A DNA stretch of 64,000 nucleotides from the NCBI RefSeq assembly GCF_963921235.1, contig NC_086109.1, positions 13,022,001 through 13,086,000 on the forward strand, read 5' to 3'. This stretch comes from Mobula hypostoma (taxonomy: Eukaryota). The first letter of the stretch is position 1; every line of letters begins with the position of its first letter. The position numbers were made by a program, and so were the translations under genes. The notes under the pieces were generated by a model that worked only from the letters and a program-made list of their open reading frames with translations, was not told the DNA's origin and searched no databases. Shown piece after piece: positions 11,189 to 25,336 of this stretch.

Positions 11189-12829
11189 ACCTAATGTGTA
11201 ATTAAACTTGTCAATCTTTCCGATTTTTTAATGATTATTATTACCCAATACTCTCTCTTTGAACCTTTAAATCCTTCCTTTCTCTTTATGAATCCATGAC
11301 TTATTCTATTTACTGCCTTTTTTCAAAAACTCGATCATGTTTTCACTTCAAAAGTACACCTGCTGTTCTGTTTTCCATTCCTCGCTGCACTATTTTAAAC
11401 CTGAAATACACATTGAGCTTGAATGGGTCGGTAGTCACCTCAAGCTTGTTTTAAAACTACCTCTATGCCAGTGTTATGTTTTGTAACTTAAAAACATTAA
11501 GTTAATTCAACAGAAGACATGGGAGTCCAAATTGTGAATCTAACTTTGAGATTACTTTAAATGAGGCATGCACATACCATGTGGTAGTGTGATGACGTAT
11601 CTAATGTAATTACTTTTACATATAATCTGTAATTAATTATATAAACAAAAATGCTTAATCAACAACATATTGACAAGATTACTCAGATATTACTAAAATA
11701 TTAAATACACATCACAGCCCTGTTTGTGAATTGTCTGTTTAATAATGAAACCATTTTTTTAAAAAACCTGCATCTGATTGTGAGAAAGGAATAATATTTA
11801 GACACATCCTTCCTGGAAGTACTAATATTACATCTCGAATAGATTTCAGCTTGATATGGCAACTGTTCTACTCTGGATCATTGGAACCTGCAGAGAATGG
11901 TAAACACTGCCCAGACCCATCACAGGCTTGTCACCTCCTTCCATCCAGACCCATCTTCACGTTGTGTTGCACCAGGAAGTCTAACAGTATCGTCACGGAT
12001 GCCCACCACTCTGGCCATTCCCTTTTCTCTCTTTTGTTATCAAGGGCATGCTGTATTAGTACCAGAAAGTGAGGCAATAGTTGAGGGATGCACCCAGAGC
12101 ATCCTTAGGTTGTGTTGATTGTTAATGCAACCAATGCATCTCACTGCATATTTCAGTATACAAACGTACGTGTGATAAATAAATCTTAATCTGAATGAAA
12201 AGACACAGGAACTTAAAATCTCAGATACCAGACCCAAGAGCATTTTCTTCCACTGCTGTCAAACTTCTGAACCAATCGCCTCTGTCACAGCTGTTCCTGG
12301 TGGTGCTACCAGTTTTCAAACCCTTAATTCGACCTATTCCGCCATCATCGCTTCACCATTTCTTTCTGCACAGGTTCAGTTTGCACTGCCATACTTTGAA
12401 CCATTCCAGTGTTTAGCGCTGGTTGCTGTTTTTATTACCATGCATATTGTCTTGTGAATTTTACGTGAGCAAGGAATTTCATTGCACCCTGGCGTAATGA
12501 AATAAACTAATCTGATGTGATGGATGCCTAGAAATCAGATTTCACCCTTATTTGCTGCTGTAACTCTGTGTGCATTCAGGGGACATTTACAAATGCACTT
12601 GTAAACCAAAACATTAGGCTGTTTTTCCTCATCGTAATGTGCTTTAATTTTATCAGTGCAGATCTCAATGGAGTCTGCCCATGAAGATTGTAGCTGCTGC
12701 ACCATTATAACTGTATAGATGGCTGCCTTGTAAGAAGGAATATACACAGGGCAGAGAGATCCATTCACTCACTGCATCAGGACACAATCCCCATCCCCGG
12801 CTATATCACTCACACACCCAGACATATGC

Positions 12830-13495
12830 TCTGGAGTCATCTATTGTGTCCGATGCCCCTGATGCAGCCTCCTCTACATTGGTGAGACCCATCGGAAATT
12901 TGGGGGAACCACTTTGGCGAGCACCTATGCTCCACCTACCACAAGCAGAACTTCCCAGTGGCGAAACATTTTAATTCTGATTTCCATTCCTGTTCCAACA
13001 TGTCGGTCCACAGCCTCCTTTTGAGAAGACCCTCAGGGTGGGGGAGCAACAACCTATATTCCTTCTGGGTAGCCTCCAACCTGATGGCATGAATATCGAT
13101 TTCTCCTTCTGGTTAAAAAACACCCCTTCCCTCTTCCTCTATTCCCCATTCTGACATTTTAACCCTTATCACTTGCCTATTACTTCCCCCTGGGTCCCCT
13201 CCTTCTCTTTCTCCTATGGCCCACTCTCCTCTCCTATTAAATTCCTTCTTTTCCAGCCCTTGACCTTTCCCACCCACGCAGCTTCACCAATTACCTTCCA
13301 GCTAGCCACCTTCCCCTCCCTCCCATGTTTTTATTCTGGCATCTTCCCCCTTCCTTCTCAGTCCTGAAGCAGGGTGTCAGCCCAAAATGTCAACTGTCTA
13401 TTCACTTCCACAGATGGTAACTGACCTCCTGAGTTCCTCCAGCATTTTGTACACGTTGCTTTGGACTTCCAACATCTGCAGACTTTCTTGTGCTT
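12830..13495 (+). mobile_element. Penelope-like element: GIY-YIG endonuclease remnant plus pLTR
   Basis: Translates GVIYCVRCP*CSLLYIGET...EHL...FPVAKHFNS...IFLLGSLQPDGMNIDFS, followed by a pyrimidine-rich tract and a degenerate hammerhead near 13360-13397. Confidence 0.88.
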
Positions 13496-13854
13496 ATGAT
13501 ATGCTCAAAATAACCGCAAACCACTCAGAGGCTGGATAAAGCGTTAAATCTCTGGTGAAAAGCTGTTGCTGGCAGACAGACACACTGAACTGATCTGTTG
13601 CACAAACAAATCAGTGATCAGCCAGACTCAATGAGGGAGTGCAACATGGATCTCCCTTGGGTCACCTACATTCACACATGTTTACCAACATAGTGCAGGA
13701 TTTGGATACACAAGAGAGTGCAGATGTTGCAATCTGCAGCGAGAAACAAACCGTTGGAGGAACTCAGCAGGTCAGACTGCACCTGTGGAGGCAAAGAGGT
13801 GGTTGACATCTTAAGTCAAGACCTTGCATCAGCACTGAGATTTTAAGATGAAGC

Positions 13855-14655
13855 AGTTCAAGTTCAAGTTTAATCATTCAACCATACATGAATATGCATG
13901 ATACAGCCAAACGAAACAGTGTTCCTCCAGGGTCAAGGTGCAAAACACAACACCAACATTTATACACAGCACAAGGCACATGTAGCACATAAAAGATAGC
14001 GGTAAACATACAGTCACAAAAAATATAATATAGCTCAAGATCCTAAGTAAAATATCCTGTACAATGATGGTGCATGGGTGTTATCAGCAAGAACAAGCAG
14101 TTCTCAGCAGCCCAAAATCCAGCTTGCCATCCATTGAGTGAACATTAGAGAGCAGCACCGATGGGATGGCCGATCCCAATCCAGCATGGACATCATGCCA
14201 TATCGCCTCTGCTGTCTTGCCTCCTGGACTGCTGCAACAGGGAAGCCTGAGACCAAGTCATTGCTACAACCATGGCCATGCAACTCCCATGCCATCAGTC
14301 TTGCCAATAAACCAGTAAACTCAACTTGCAGTATCTCACATTACCAGTATCCAACAGTGTCTTGTGTTTGCAAGAAAAACGTTCAAGACAATCACTGTCA
14401 GTTAGTCTGCACACCGCCTTTGCGCATTGACTCCGATGTCTTTTTGCAGCACACTGCAACATGGTCCACACCAAGTCTAGCTCCCCGAGTTACTCTGCCA
14501 ACTAGTAACTCACCGAGGTAGACCTCAAGTAATTGAGGTTCTTAATGTCCAGTATTGCCCTACAATTGTAAAAAAGGCACTTATATAATACAAAAAGACC
14601 TTTGGTTGGCCCCAGAGGGGCTGCTGCATCTGAGCATGCCATCGTCTTACTGGAA
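13855..14655 (-). mobile_element. Non-autonomous LINE-derived (Rex1/L2-tail) element
   Basis: (TTGAAC)n tail and AT-rich 3' UTR at the left end; TTCCAGTAAGACGATGGC 5' terminus; no ORF. Confidence 0.55.
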
Positions 14656-14749
14656 GATAAAGCGAGGTGAAGTTTTGACGTAGGGCATGGTAAACAATAT
14701 GTAGATGTAGATGAGGAGGAACTGAGGAGGAAGATTTTCTCCTTGTTTC

Positions 14750-17588
14750 TTTAAAGTTTTGTAACTCCAGAAACTAATGCTGAAGGCTCTCAGTCTGAAA
14801 CATTGACTGTTTACTCTTTTCCATGGATGCTGCCTGGCCTGCTGAGTTCCTCCAGCATTTTGTAAGTATTGCTCTGGATTTCCAGCATCTGCAGATTTTC
14901 TCTTGTTTATATTTTCCCTACTTAGTTTTTCTTTATTGAGGTGCTCACATGTGACATTGTTGCATGATTACGTATGCCATTCACGTACTTCTTATATATA
15001 ACCCAAAATGGGTTTTGTAAACAAAACATGCTTAATCAAACAATACATTTACAAAATCACTCAAACATTATTGAAAAATTTAATACACTTCATTCTTCCC
15101 TGCTTAGCTATAAACTCCAGCTTAACATAGAATGCATCAATGCATCTCAATTTACATATGTAATGTATTAATATATTGGTCAGTCAATGTATACAGTATA
15201 TACATAGTACATACACATACAGAGCATACTATATAATGCAACTACTATATAGAAATCCACAGCATAGCAAGCTTTAATTTTGTCCCATTCAGATCTGAAG
15301 ATTTAAATGCTGTGGTGGATTTCTTACTCTTGTGGGATAATTTCTTTCCTGACAAGGGATGTCACTCCGTTGGCAGGTGAGACTTGCAGCCGCAAAACAA
15401 TCTCAGGTTCTGGGGCCTCATCTGTGGTGGTTGCAGGAGTTGACACTGGGATTGCAGGAAGGCGTTCTGACAGCTCTGAACAGCTTTCTTCTCTAACAAT
15501 TGACTCTGGCCTTCTCAACTGATCAATATGTTGTCTCCATATGACATCAAATGCCATCTCCACTATGTAGGAGGGTGGTCCAAGTCCTTAATCTTTCCAA
15601 GTACCTACTTTTGATCATCTTTGTGTTCCTTCACCAGGACTGCTTGTCTAGGAGTGAAACCATGAACCTCCTTGCTTAAGGAGCCCTCAATTTGTCTCGG
15701 CTGTTAGTCTTGCATACTCCTTCTGAGATTGGGTTTTGAGGAGATCCAAGTGTGAGCACAAGGGACAACCCAGGAACAGCATAGGTGGTGAGTTGTTGGT
15801 TGTGAAGTGTGCTGCATTGCAACATGCAAGAAGAAATTTGGCAACCTACTGACTCAGTATGGTGTGTCCTGCTGACATTGCTCGGAGTGCATTCTTTAGA
15901 TTCTGGCCAAGCCATTTGTAGCTGGATGGTACGGTGCAGATGTAATATGTTTTATTCCATTTATTTTCAGGAATGGTTGAAACTGTTCCACAACAAACTG
16001 AGGTCCATTGTCACTGACTAAGTGTTCTGGACCACCAGAAGAGGCTTCGCAACACATCAACAGTGTGTGAGGCTGTAGTGAGGCTTTTGGGAACTCTTCC
16101 GGCCACCTTGTAGCTGCATCCACTACTACCAAGAACTCTGTGCCCATGAATGGTCTGGCAACATGAATCATCTGTCAGGGCAAAGCAGGCCGTTCCCAGG
16201 GATGGAGGGTCCTGCTCTTGGCATCTTCTGGACATGTTGGCATCCCGAACAGTGAATGGCAAGTTGCTTGATCTGTTGATCTATCCCAGGCCATCAGACA
16301 AAGCTTTCATTTTGACTATGCCTAGATGACTGACATGTAGCTCATCCAATACTTTAGCTTTCAGCTTGGATTGTAAAACTCTCAATCCCCATGTAAGGCA
16401 AACCTTGTGAAGGTCAAGCTCATCCCCACACTGGTAAAAATGGGAGAACTGGAATTTATACTGCACATTCTGGACATTTTATATTGCAATGTAGAACTGA
16501 GACAGTTGGGGTCTTTTCTGATTTCCGTTTGGATTATCTCTTCCTTTATAGGAAGATTTTCGATTTGCATTAGGGAGAATACATCAAGAGGAGTGCAATG
16601 GGCATAACTGTGTTCTGCAATCAACAATGGTTTCAGTTCTAAATATTCCTGCATTACATTCATGATATCAGTGACACTCATTTTTGCTAGTTTGGTTGGA
16701 GCAGATAAACTTCTAAGCATACTGTATGTTTTTCTACCTATTGCACTCAGCTATGTTGGCATTCATTTCTATTTGCTTCAAAACACTTCTCAGTTCATTC
16801 AGTATACATCATCCAGTAATCTGTTGTGCAATCGAACACATCTATCTTTCCGATGTCACCAGCCTTTTTGGCTTTTTTTTTTAAAGTTTCAAGTTCAAAG
16901 TAAGTTTTATTGTCAAAGTACATACAGAAAATAAGTCACCATATACAACCCCGAGATTCATTTTCTTATGGGTATACTCAACAAATCGATAGAATAATAA
17001 CTATAATAGAATTAATGAAAGACACCAACTAGGGCTTTCAATCAAGTTCAGAAGACAGCAAATTGTGCAAATAGAAGAAGAAGAAGAAACAATAATAATA
17101 AATAAATAAATAAACAAAAATATTGAGAACATGAGATAAAGAGTTTCTGAACCATTGCCATACTTGTTGCTTGTTAATTTTGTCCATTTACTGTCTTTTT
17201 TTTAAAACTGAAAACTCTTGCTCCCCTTCTGAAAAGAAATGCCCTGCACTTCTTTCACTCAAATGACTCTCTCCCCTTCTAAACAAAAACAGGCTGTATT
17301 TCAACAGATAGATTGTCATCTTGGGTTCATTTTAAAATTTCCTCGACGTCACTGTTATGTTTTGTAACTTCGGAATCTAATTGAAAGAAAAACACAGAAG
17401 CCAGGACATGCTTTCTTTACTTAGTTTTTCGTTATTGAGGCACTTTCATATGACATGGTGACATGATGATATATGCCATTCACTTACTTCTTACATACCT
17501 GTATAAACAATAATAAACTATGCAAACAAAGAATACTTAATTAAGCAATAAATTATTCAAATATTACTGAAATATTGAATACATTACA
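14750..17588 (-). mobile_element. Internally deleted Gypsy LTR element related to 7218-11714
   Basis: LTRs 14750-15092 (interrupted by a Penelope fragment) and 17353-17588; TSD GTTTC (14745-14749, 17589-17593); PBS-like TGACGTCGAGG; gag N-terminus joined to integrase region (LVSDNGPQF, SAPYHPATNGLA). Confidence 0.9.
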
Positions 17589-17999
17589 GTTTCTAATATG
17601 TGAATGGGAAGGTGGCAGACTGAATGTTTTTGCACGTTGTTAATGAAGAAATTAATGCCTTCATGTGAGTAGTTAACATTGAGGATGATAATGAAGAGAA
17701 TCACTGTTGGGAGTGTGCCCATTTCAGTTTCCCAGTGGGCAGAGTTACCACTGAAAGTGGGACAAATTACCCCAAAAGACATGCACAACTATTATTATGT
17801 GTGTTTTAAAGATTGCAGTAGGTCCAAATCCTTACCCAAAAATATTCACCTATGTTTACTAACCACAGTTCTGTGATGGATAAGAAGTACTAAATCAATT
17901 AGTGTAGTCACTATGAATGGAGAAACAGTTAAATGTGTATATTACTGTTGGATAATGTTTTTATTATAACAGACAGATGAACTACACAGAGGATAGGCA

Positions 18000-19552
18000 A
18001 TAATATCTCTTTGTCGCCATCTATCAACACAGGATCACCTCAAAGACACGTGCAAAGCTCTCTGTTCTACTCCCTCTAAAGATTCAAAGATTCAAACTAC
18101 ATTCCGATTTGTCTTCTCACAGGCAGCCACAAAGCAAGAAACCCAAAAGAACCAAATTTTAAAAAGACCAATAGCCAATGCACAGAGAAAGAGAAAAAGC
18201 ACAAATCATGCAAACAACAGATGTGAGCAGCAACATTCCGAAGCAAATTGAGTCCTTTGATCTGAATCCCCAGAACAGGCCCTGAGGCTCAGTCTCAGTT
18301 CATCATATTAGTGGGGCAAATTGCTGCGAACCTCACAAACACAAAGCACAGCAGCTGGGGCCGTCTCACAGCCTCAGCACCATGGAGAGAACATTGCATG
18401 AGAGTGAGCAAAATCGGCCCGAGCCTTACATCCAGTCCCAACACCTTGTATTTCCAGCCTTTCTGGGTTAGAGTTTAAATTGGCCAAACAGCAGAGCACA
18501 CCTTGCATCAGGACCCGGGCCCCACCGGAGCAATTCGCTTAGAGCGACATAACCTCATCCCCAGGTTAGTTGAAAGTCCTCCTCCTCTGAATCACTCACT
18601 CCAACTCCATCTGTGACCCTGTCTCAAACAGCTTACGCTTTGATTTTGCAATGCACCAGCACGCTTCATCCCTCCAATCAGCTTTACCTTCACTCACCTC
18701 TTCATTGTTTTGCACTGATAGTTTACCACAATTCACTTTAGAAAAGATCATTAATAATGTTTTCAGTTGAATTTCATGCCTGTCGCTTGCCTTCAGAAGT
18801 GCCGTCTTAAACTGGAATCATACACTCATGACCGTGTGGCAAATTAGTAGAATCTCAGGTAAAGATGAAGAGGCTTACAGAAACAAGACTGATCATCTGG
18901 TTGGGTGGTGTTGCACTCAGCATCAGCAGGACCAAGGAAGTAACTGTGGACTTTAGTAAGAGGAAGTCAGGAGAACACACACCACTACACATTGAGGGAT
19001 CAGTGTGGAAAGGGTAAGCAGCTCCTGGGTGTCATCATCTCAGGGGATCAATCTTGAGCTCAACACTCAAGGCCATCATGAAGGAGCACACCAGCAGCTC
19101 TAATTTGTTTGGAGTTTGTGGAGATTTGGTACTCTGAGGTTCTTGCAAATTTCTATAGTTGTACAGTGGAGAGTCTGGCATGGAGCCTCCAATGCACGGG
19201 ATCAAAAAAGTTGCAGAGGGTTGAACGCTCAGCCAGCTCCATTACAGGCACAACCCTCCGCACCATCAAGAAGGTGGTATCCATCATTAAGGAACCTCAC
19301 CAAACAGGACATGCCCTGTTCTCGTTACTTTGAGGAAGTACAAGGACTTGAAGACTCACACTCGACAATTTAGGAACAGCTTCTTCCCCTCCCCCATCAG
19401 ATTTCTATATGGTCCAAGAACCAATAAACATTTCCTCATTATTCTTTTTTGTAATTATAGTAATTTTATGTCTGATGCACCGTATTGCTGCTGCAAAACA
19501 ACAAATTTCACATTATCTAAGTCTGTGATAATAAATGTGTTTCTGATTCTGA
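18000..19552 (+). mobile_element. Decayed Rex1/Babar-like LINE 3' part, interrupted at about 18078-18818 by a non-autonomous element
   Basis: RT/C-terminal remnants (STGSPQ, FYSCTVES, RQFRNSFFP) and (TTCTGA)n tail. Confidence 0.7.
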
Positions 19553-19924
19553 CATGAACACAGACAGTTGCTAACATTGGAAGTGCTGTTTCCTGCATCT
19601 TGAAACCGGTTTTCAAACCTGCAGTAGTGTTAAGAAAGGCTGTATACCAGAAGTGATTAATATGTAACGTTGCCAAGCTAACAAAAGATATGAAAAGCAT
19701 TTTGAGGATATTGACTGTTTTTATCAAAGTAACATTTGCCAGTGCCACTGAACTTTACCACATAATCACTGTTCACTGCTTGGGTGACGACTGACATACC
19801 AACACTTCATCTGATTTTTGTTTCTAGTCTACTTCAAGCTGTGCTTGCTTGCAATATTGTTTTAATGAACCAACTGTCAAAATCCATTGTTGAAAATCTA
19901 AGACAGGATCTTTTCATGCCACAT

Positions 19925-20780
19925 ATACAGAATGGGAGGGGAGTCAGAAGCAAATAACCTTTTCCTCAGTGTCAACAAGACAAAGGAGATGGTTATCGAC
20001 TTCAGGAGAACTCGCACCATTCACAACCTCTTTTCATCAGCAGCACAACAGTGAAAACTGTAAGCAGTTTCAAACTCCTGGGAGTGCACATCTTACACAA
20101 ACTGTCATTGTCCCAGAACACGTCCTACACAATCAAGAAAGTTCACCAGCACTTCTACTTTCTGAGCGAGCTGAAAAGAGCTGGACTATGCACACCAATA
20201 CTCACGAATTTCTACAGATGCACATTACGGAGCATCCTAACGTACTGCATCAGTGTACGGTATGGAAACTGCGTTGCAGTCAACAGGAAGGCTCTACAAC
20301 ATCCACTCAAGGCTGACAAACACATCACCAGCACCAGCCTTCCCGCCATCAAGGATTATACAGAAAATGGCCAGCACTATCATAAGGGATCACACCCACC
20401 CTGCTTATGGACTACTTGTCTCATTTCCAGCAGGGAGGTGGCTATGTAGCATCCACACCAGGACCATCAGGCTCAAAAACAGTCAATTTCCCCAAGCAAT
20501 AAGGCTGATCAATAACGTCACCCACTAACCTACTCCACCACCACTACTTTATCACTCACTGTCAGAGTCATCTTATGTACACACACTCCTGTACCTTGTG
20601 TCGCTGTATGTACACATAATCTATGTATATAAGCTATCTTATGTATTTATATTTATGTTTTTTTTATTATTATGATCTGTGTTTTTTGTACTGCATTGGA
20701 TCCAGAGTAACAATTATTTTGTTCTCCTTTACACATGTGTACTTGAAATAACATTAAAAAAGCATGACCTTTGAATCTTG
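19925..20780 (+). mobile_element. Rex1/Babar-like LINE 3' fragment
   Basis: ORF 20051-20449 (VSSFKLLGVHI..HQHFYFL..FYRCTLRSILTYCI), 3' UTR and tail. Confidence 0.8.
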
Positions 20781-21010
20781 AGGACAGACTCACTGTTCCC
20801 CAAGAAGTAAGATGTGGAGGTGACAGAAATACAAGAACAGGAATAGACCATTTCTGTGGAGAAGCTTCAAACATTAAGATGCTGATAGATACTCACTCCT
20901 TCATTGAATCCAATCTATAACCATGTATTTAACCAGCAGAGAAAATTACATTTCGGAAGTGTCTACAGAAATACATACATTTTATGCATTCTGAATCCTC
21001 GAGTAAATAA

Positions 21011-21230
21011 CATTATGTTTTGTAACTTCAAAACATTGAACTAATTTAAACAAAGACACAGGAGTCCAAAATGTAAGTCTAAATTCTGCTTCACTTTAAG
21101 CACGTATCACATGGTAGCGTTAGGATATATGCAATTCTTGTATTTGTATATATAACCCGTAATAAATTACTTAAAGAACAAGAATGCTTAATCAACCAAC
21201 ATATAAACAAGATTACTCAAATTTACAACA
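21011..21230 (-). repeat. Solo LTR of the 7218/14750 Gypsy family
   Basis: Shares TTATGTTTTGTAACTTCAAAAC...GAATGCTTAATCAA...CAACA with the LTRs at 7218 and 11472. Confidence 0.8.
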
Positions 21231-22974
21231 AACATTCTCATCAGTTTTGAGTTGCACAATATACTCAGCAAGTCACACAATATCAATGGAGGCGAATAAA
21301 TCGTCAACTTTTCAGACCGAGACCCTGTGTCAGGCTTGGAAAGGAAGGGAGCAGAAGCCAGAGTAAGAAGATGGAGTACAAGCTGGAAGGTGATAGGTGA
21401 AACCTAGTGAGGGGAAAGGAAGGTGGTTAGGGGAGGGGGTAGGATGAAGTGAGAGGGTGCGAGATGGTAGGTGAAAAAGATAGTAGGCTGAAGAAGAAGG
21501 AATCTGATAGGAGAGGAGAGTGGACCATGGAAGAAAGTGAAGCAGGAGGGGCACCAGAGGGAAAAGGGAAGAGGGGAGCCAGAAAGGAGAATGGATTTGT
21601 GAACAATCTGCAGAATTTGTATAAGTGGTGTACCATAGTTATAATGGTGAACCATCTCCTTATAAACTTCTCAAGCTGTTTGAAAACATTCATGGATAAG
21701 GTGAGTACAAAAAAGCAGGACTGAGGTTTGACTCTTCATGTACAACAAAGTAATTCACCTCCTGAGCAGTCGAAGTACACTCTGATCAGATTCAGATTTA
21801 TTTATCACGTACATCAAAGCATACAGTAAAATGCACCATCTGCATGAACAACCAACACAGCCAAGGATGTGCTCGGGACAGGCCACAAGTGTCCCCACAC
21901 ATTCCAGCACCAACACAGCATGCCAACAATGTTCTGCAGAACAACACAAACAGCAGCAATGATAACAACAACAAAACAGATCAAAAGCAGCAAAACAAGC
22001 CCCTTTCCCACTCTTTCAATTCCTAATTACATGACTTCTAACTTGGAATCGTAAGCATTTCAGTGGAACCCTTACTGAGACAATGGCATAGCTATAACCC
22101 TGATGGGTCAGTGTGAGACTGATATGCAGAATCAAATTGTTTTGGTCGGACAATACACACTATGTTCCTCAAATTTTCAAGTTCAAGGTCAGATTCAAGT
22201 ATATTGTCATAGGCATACATACCCAGGGTACAAATGTCCACAAAAATTAGCTTTTTGCAGCAGCAGCACAGTGAATTATAGGTATGAAAAAGAATTTTTG
22301 TTACAACTGTGGAGTGTTAAGCTGCATGATTCCAACTGAACATAACACATCTGCACATTGAGTAAATATAATTATTTTTGATAAATGTTAGTATATTTAA
22401 TAGATAACCAGACGTATACATAGAAGAAAGTGCTATTCCCCTGGAAATTTTCAAACACAGCCCTGTATGGTAAAGCTGAATTCTTGATGTCTTACATATG
22501 CTTGCTATCTTGTATGTGCTGAGTGTGCTTTGTGCTGCGTATGACTATTGGTAGTGTGTTTTGCACCTTGGTCCTGGAGTAACGCTGTCTCATTTGGCTG
22601 TATTCATGCATGGTTGAATGACAATTAAACTTAAATTGAATTGAATTGATCTCTCTGTCTATCTCATTGTGGCTCTTGGATCCTATTTATCTATCTGCAT
22701 TGTATGTTCTCAGTAAATGTAACACTACATTTTGCATTCTGATTTTGAATTTCCCTTTGTACTAGCTTGATAAACTTTTCATTGGAATGATCATTGCAAA
22801 ACAATGTTTATCACTGTATCTTGATACATAAGACAATAACAAGCCACTAAAGAGCTGGACTGCTATTCATGCTCAATAGACAATACTTGAAAGAATTAAA
22901 AATTAAAAGCTGTTAATGCTATAGAAATTTCCTATAGAAATATATTATTCCTATAGAAATAATGCTATAGAAAT

Positions 22975-23247
22975 ATGATCCTCTCATATCCCTTTTGCCA
23001 ATCACCTGTCCAGCTCTTGGCTCCATCCCTCCCCCTCCTGTCTTCTCCTATCATTTTGGATCTCCCCCTCCCCCTCCCACTTTCAAATCTCTTACTAACT
23101 CTTCCTTCAGTTAGTCCTGACGAAGGGTCTCGGCCTGAAACGTTGACTGTACTTCTTCCTAGAGATGCAGCCTGGCCTGCTGCGTTCACCAGCAACTTTG
23201 ATGTGTGTTGCTTGAATTTCCAGCATCTGCAGAATTCCTTGTGTTTG
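22975..23247 (+). mobile_element. Young Penelope pLTR fragment
   Basis: 3' part nearly identical to 51274-51411; flanked by AGAAATTT (22923-22930, 23248-23255). Confidence 0.85.
23113..23149 (+). ncRNA. Minimal type I hammerhead ribozyme (GUU site)
   Basis: Stem I AGTC/GACT, core CTGACGA 23117-23123, stem II AGG/CCT, GAAA 23137-23140, palindromic ACGT stem III, NUH = GTT. Confidence 0.75.
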
Positions 23248-25336
23248 AGAAATTTATTTTATTTATTTATTGAGATAGAGCCCAGATTAAGCCCTTACTT
23301 ACCGTGAGCTTAATAAAGGATGGAACAGGTTTGAATGGCTTACTCCCATGTCTAATACTTAAAACGGTATGTTTGTAAGAGCAGAAGGAGCCAAAAGCGG
23401 TTATTATGTTGGAGAAAAATTAGCTGCGTTTGTTTTCAGTGGTTTGGACCAGAGCTTGTTTATTCACAGCTTCATGCAAGCAATAGATCAATATCCTTCA
23501 CCACTGGAAACATTTACTGGCAAAAGCCACACACTTAATGCAGAGTGGAACTGTGGTATTCTCTGCTAACTGTAGTATGGTCTGCTGGTTGGAGGCTGGT
23601 TTCTGTTGTCAGGCTGGGAGTGTGTTAAAGCAAACCCATTAGAAAGCAACACCACAAAAGTGGAAAAGGAGAAGATTGAGTTTCTGGCCCTGATGTAATT
23701 TCCCCATTGTTAGGGAAGGATGTGAACCTACAGTTAAGAAGAATCTTTCAGTGGCACTAGACCAAGAAAAGTTCAAGCCATTCAGCCACATTTGTAGGCA
23801 ATTGTTCCAGGAAAACACATCTTCCTGCTGTCTCATACTTTGTACTTTCGATAAATCACACATTCAGATACTGTTGTTTGGATCCAAAATGCACCATTGC
23901 ATTGATCCATCACTTGCCTGACTTCTTGCCCAATATCATACGCAGACTCTTGGTCAGGCAATACCACCAGATACAAATTCTCATCTACCTTTTCAAACTG
24001 ATCTCTAGCTTTATCAATTATCTATTTCTGTGATCTATCCAGCCCAACTATACTACATGATTTCTTCTATTTCAGGCCACTATTACATCCCTTCACCCTC
24101 ACTTCATCTCCCTGTGTCTCAATAGTGACTGAACATAAACTTACATGTTCTTTGACTTCTGTATTGTAAGGAACACTTGAACACACGTCGTGTAGAAGTT
24201 ACAGCAAGGCAACGGTTAAGACAATGTCCAGGTTACAGATAGTGTGCTGTCAACCCAGGCAAATGAGGCCTTTGAGGAAAGGTCTTTGAAGAGAATAGCT
24301 TCCCTTTGCACAGAAGGGAACCAGAGCTATTTGGCATACCAAGACAAGGATAAAAATGAAGGATTTTAGAGTGACTTTCTTTCATACTGAAGTATTATTG
24401 GCTTTTAATAAGTAGATTATATTAGTTATTAATACTTATATTGTTGTAGTGTGATTGGTGTTTGATCATGCAAATAAGAAATTTGAATATACACAAGGTT
24501 ACCAATTGGTCAATATTTATATCCAATTAACCAATTCTGTACAAAATTGGCATTTCTCTGTGCTATTCAGACTTCTACTTTTGCACAAGTAAATCAAGTG
24601 TGATTGAGGAATGACTGCGAGTTTCCAGAGTCTATTTAATCAGTGACAACAATGGCACCTGGCCCTGATCAATGGAACAATTGAACAAACATTTTGAAAA
24701 CCCCAGAGGGATGTTGGTCGGCATCTTAGCACCAGTTTTCCAGGATCTATCTGATATTGCTCTCCACTCCAGTAACTCAAGCAGTATTCTCTGGAGCTTC
24801 TGAAGAAACGAAGTGTCTCCAAGGACACTAGTGCTTTGTATATGATTACAGATGTGGTGAAGCTGTCACACACAGTACTTAAACTTCCTAAGTCTCATTT
24901 CAGAATTAAGAGGAAGACAATAGGAGAGAAGTAATCTTCCTTTTTCCTTTACCTGAACTTCCATCGTTATATATACTTATTTACTGTGACTTACAGTTTT
25001 TATTATTATGTATTGCAAAGTACTGCAACTGCATATCAACAAATTTCATGACATATACCAGTGATATTAAACCTGATTCTGATTTTGATTCTAATTCTGA
25101 TTCTGATCATTTCAAAACTGCCATATTTCTTGAGACCTGGAAAATTTCCAATGGTTGAAACAAGAATCCATGAAAACCATTCATTAAGATGCATCATATT
25201 CCATATAAATTCAGTCATATGTTCAGATTTAAAATTGTTTTGGTGTAATCATCTGTCTATGTCTCTAATAATATTAAATAGCTGCACACACATACAGAAT
25301 GATATTCAGTTAATAAAGATGCTTCTGAAATGAACC

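Larger units (their letters stand above)
7218..11714 (-). mobile_element. Non-autonomous Gypsy LTR element with a captured RBM25 fragment and five nested insertions
   Basis: LTRs 7218-7463 and 11472-11714; TSD CAGTC/CAGCC (7213-7217, 11715-11719); PBS-like TGGCATAGAGG after the 5' LTR; purine tract at 7464-7474; gag remnant (ORF 10704-10952 NQKEGESISAYLAELKRLSEHC), protease remnant (MELDTG, ALWGRDWL) and integrase tail at about 7620-7786. Confidence 0.9.

Noticed and set aside
12535..12768. Possible minus-strand coding exon
   Set aside because: Open frame and an acceptor-like site, but a weak donor and no recognisable homology.
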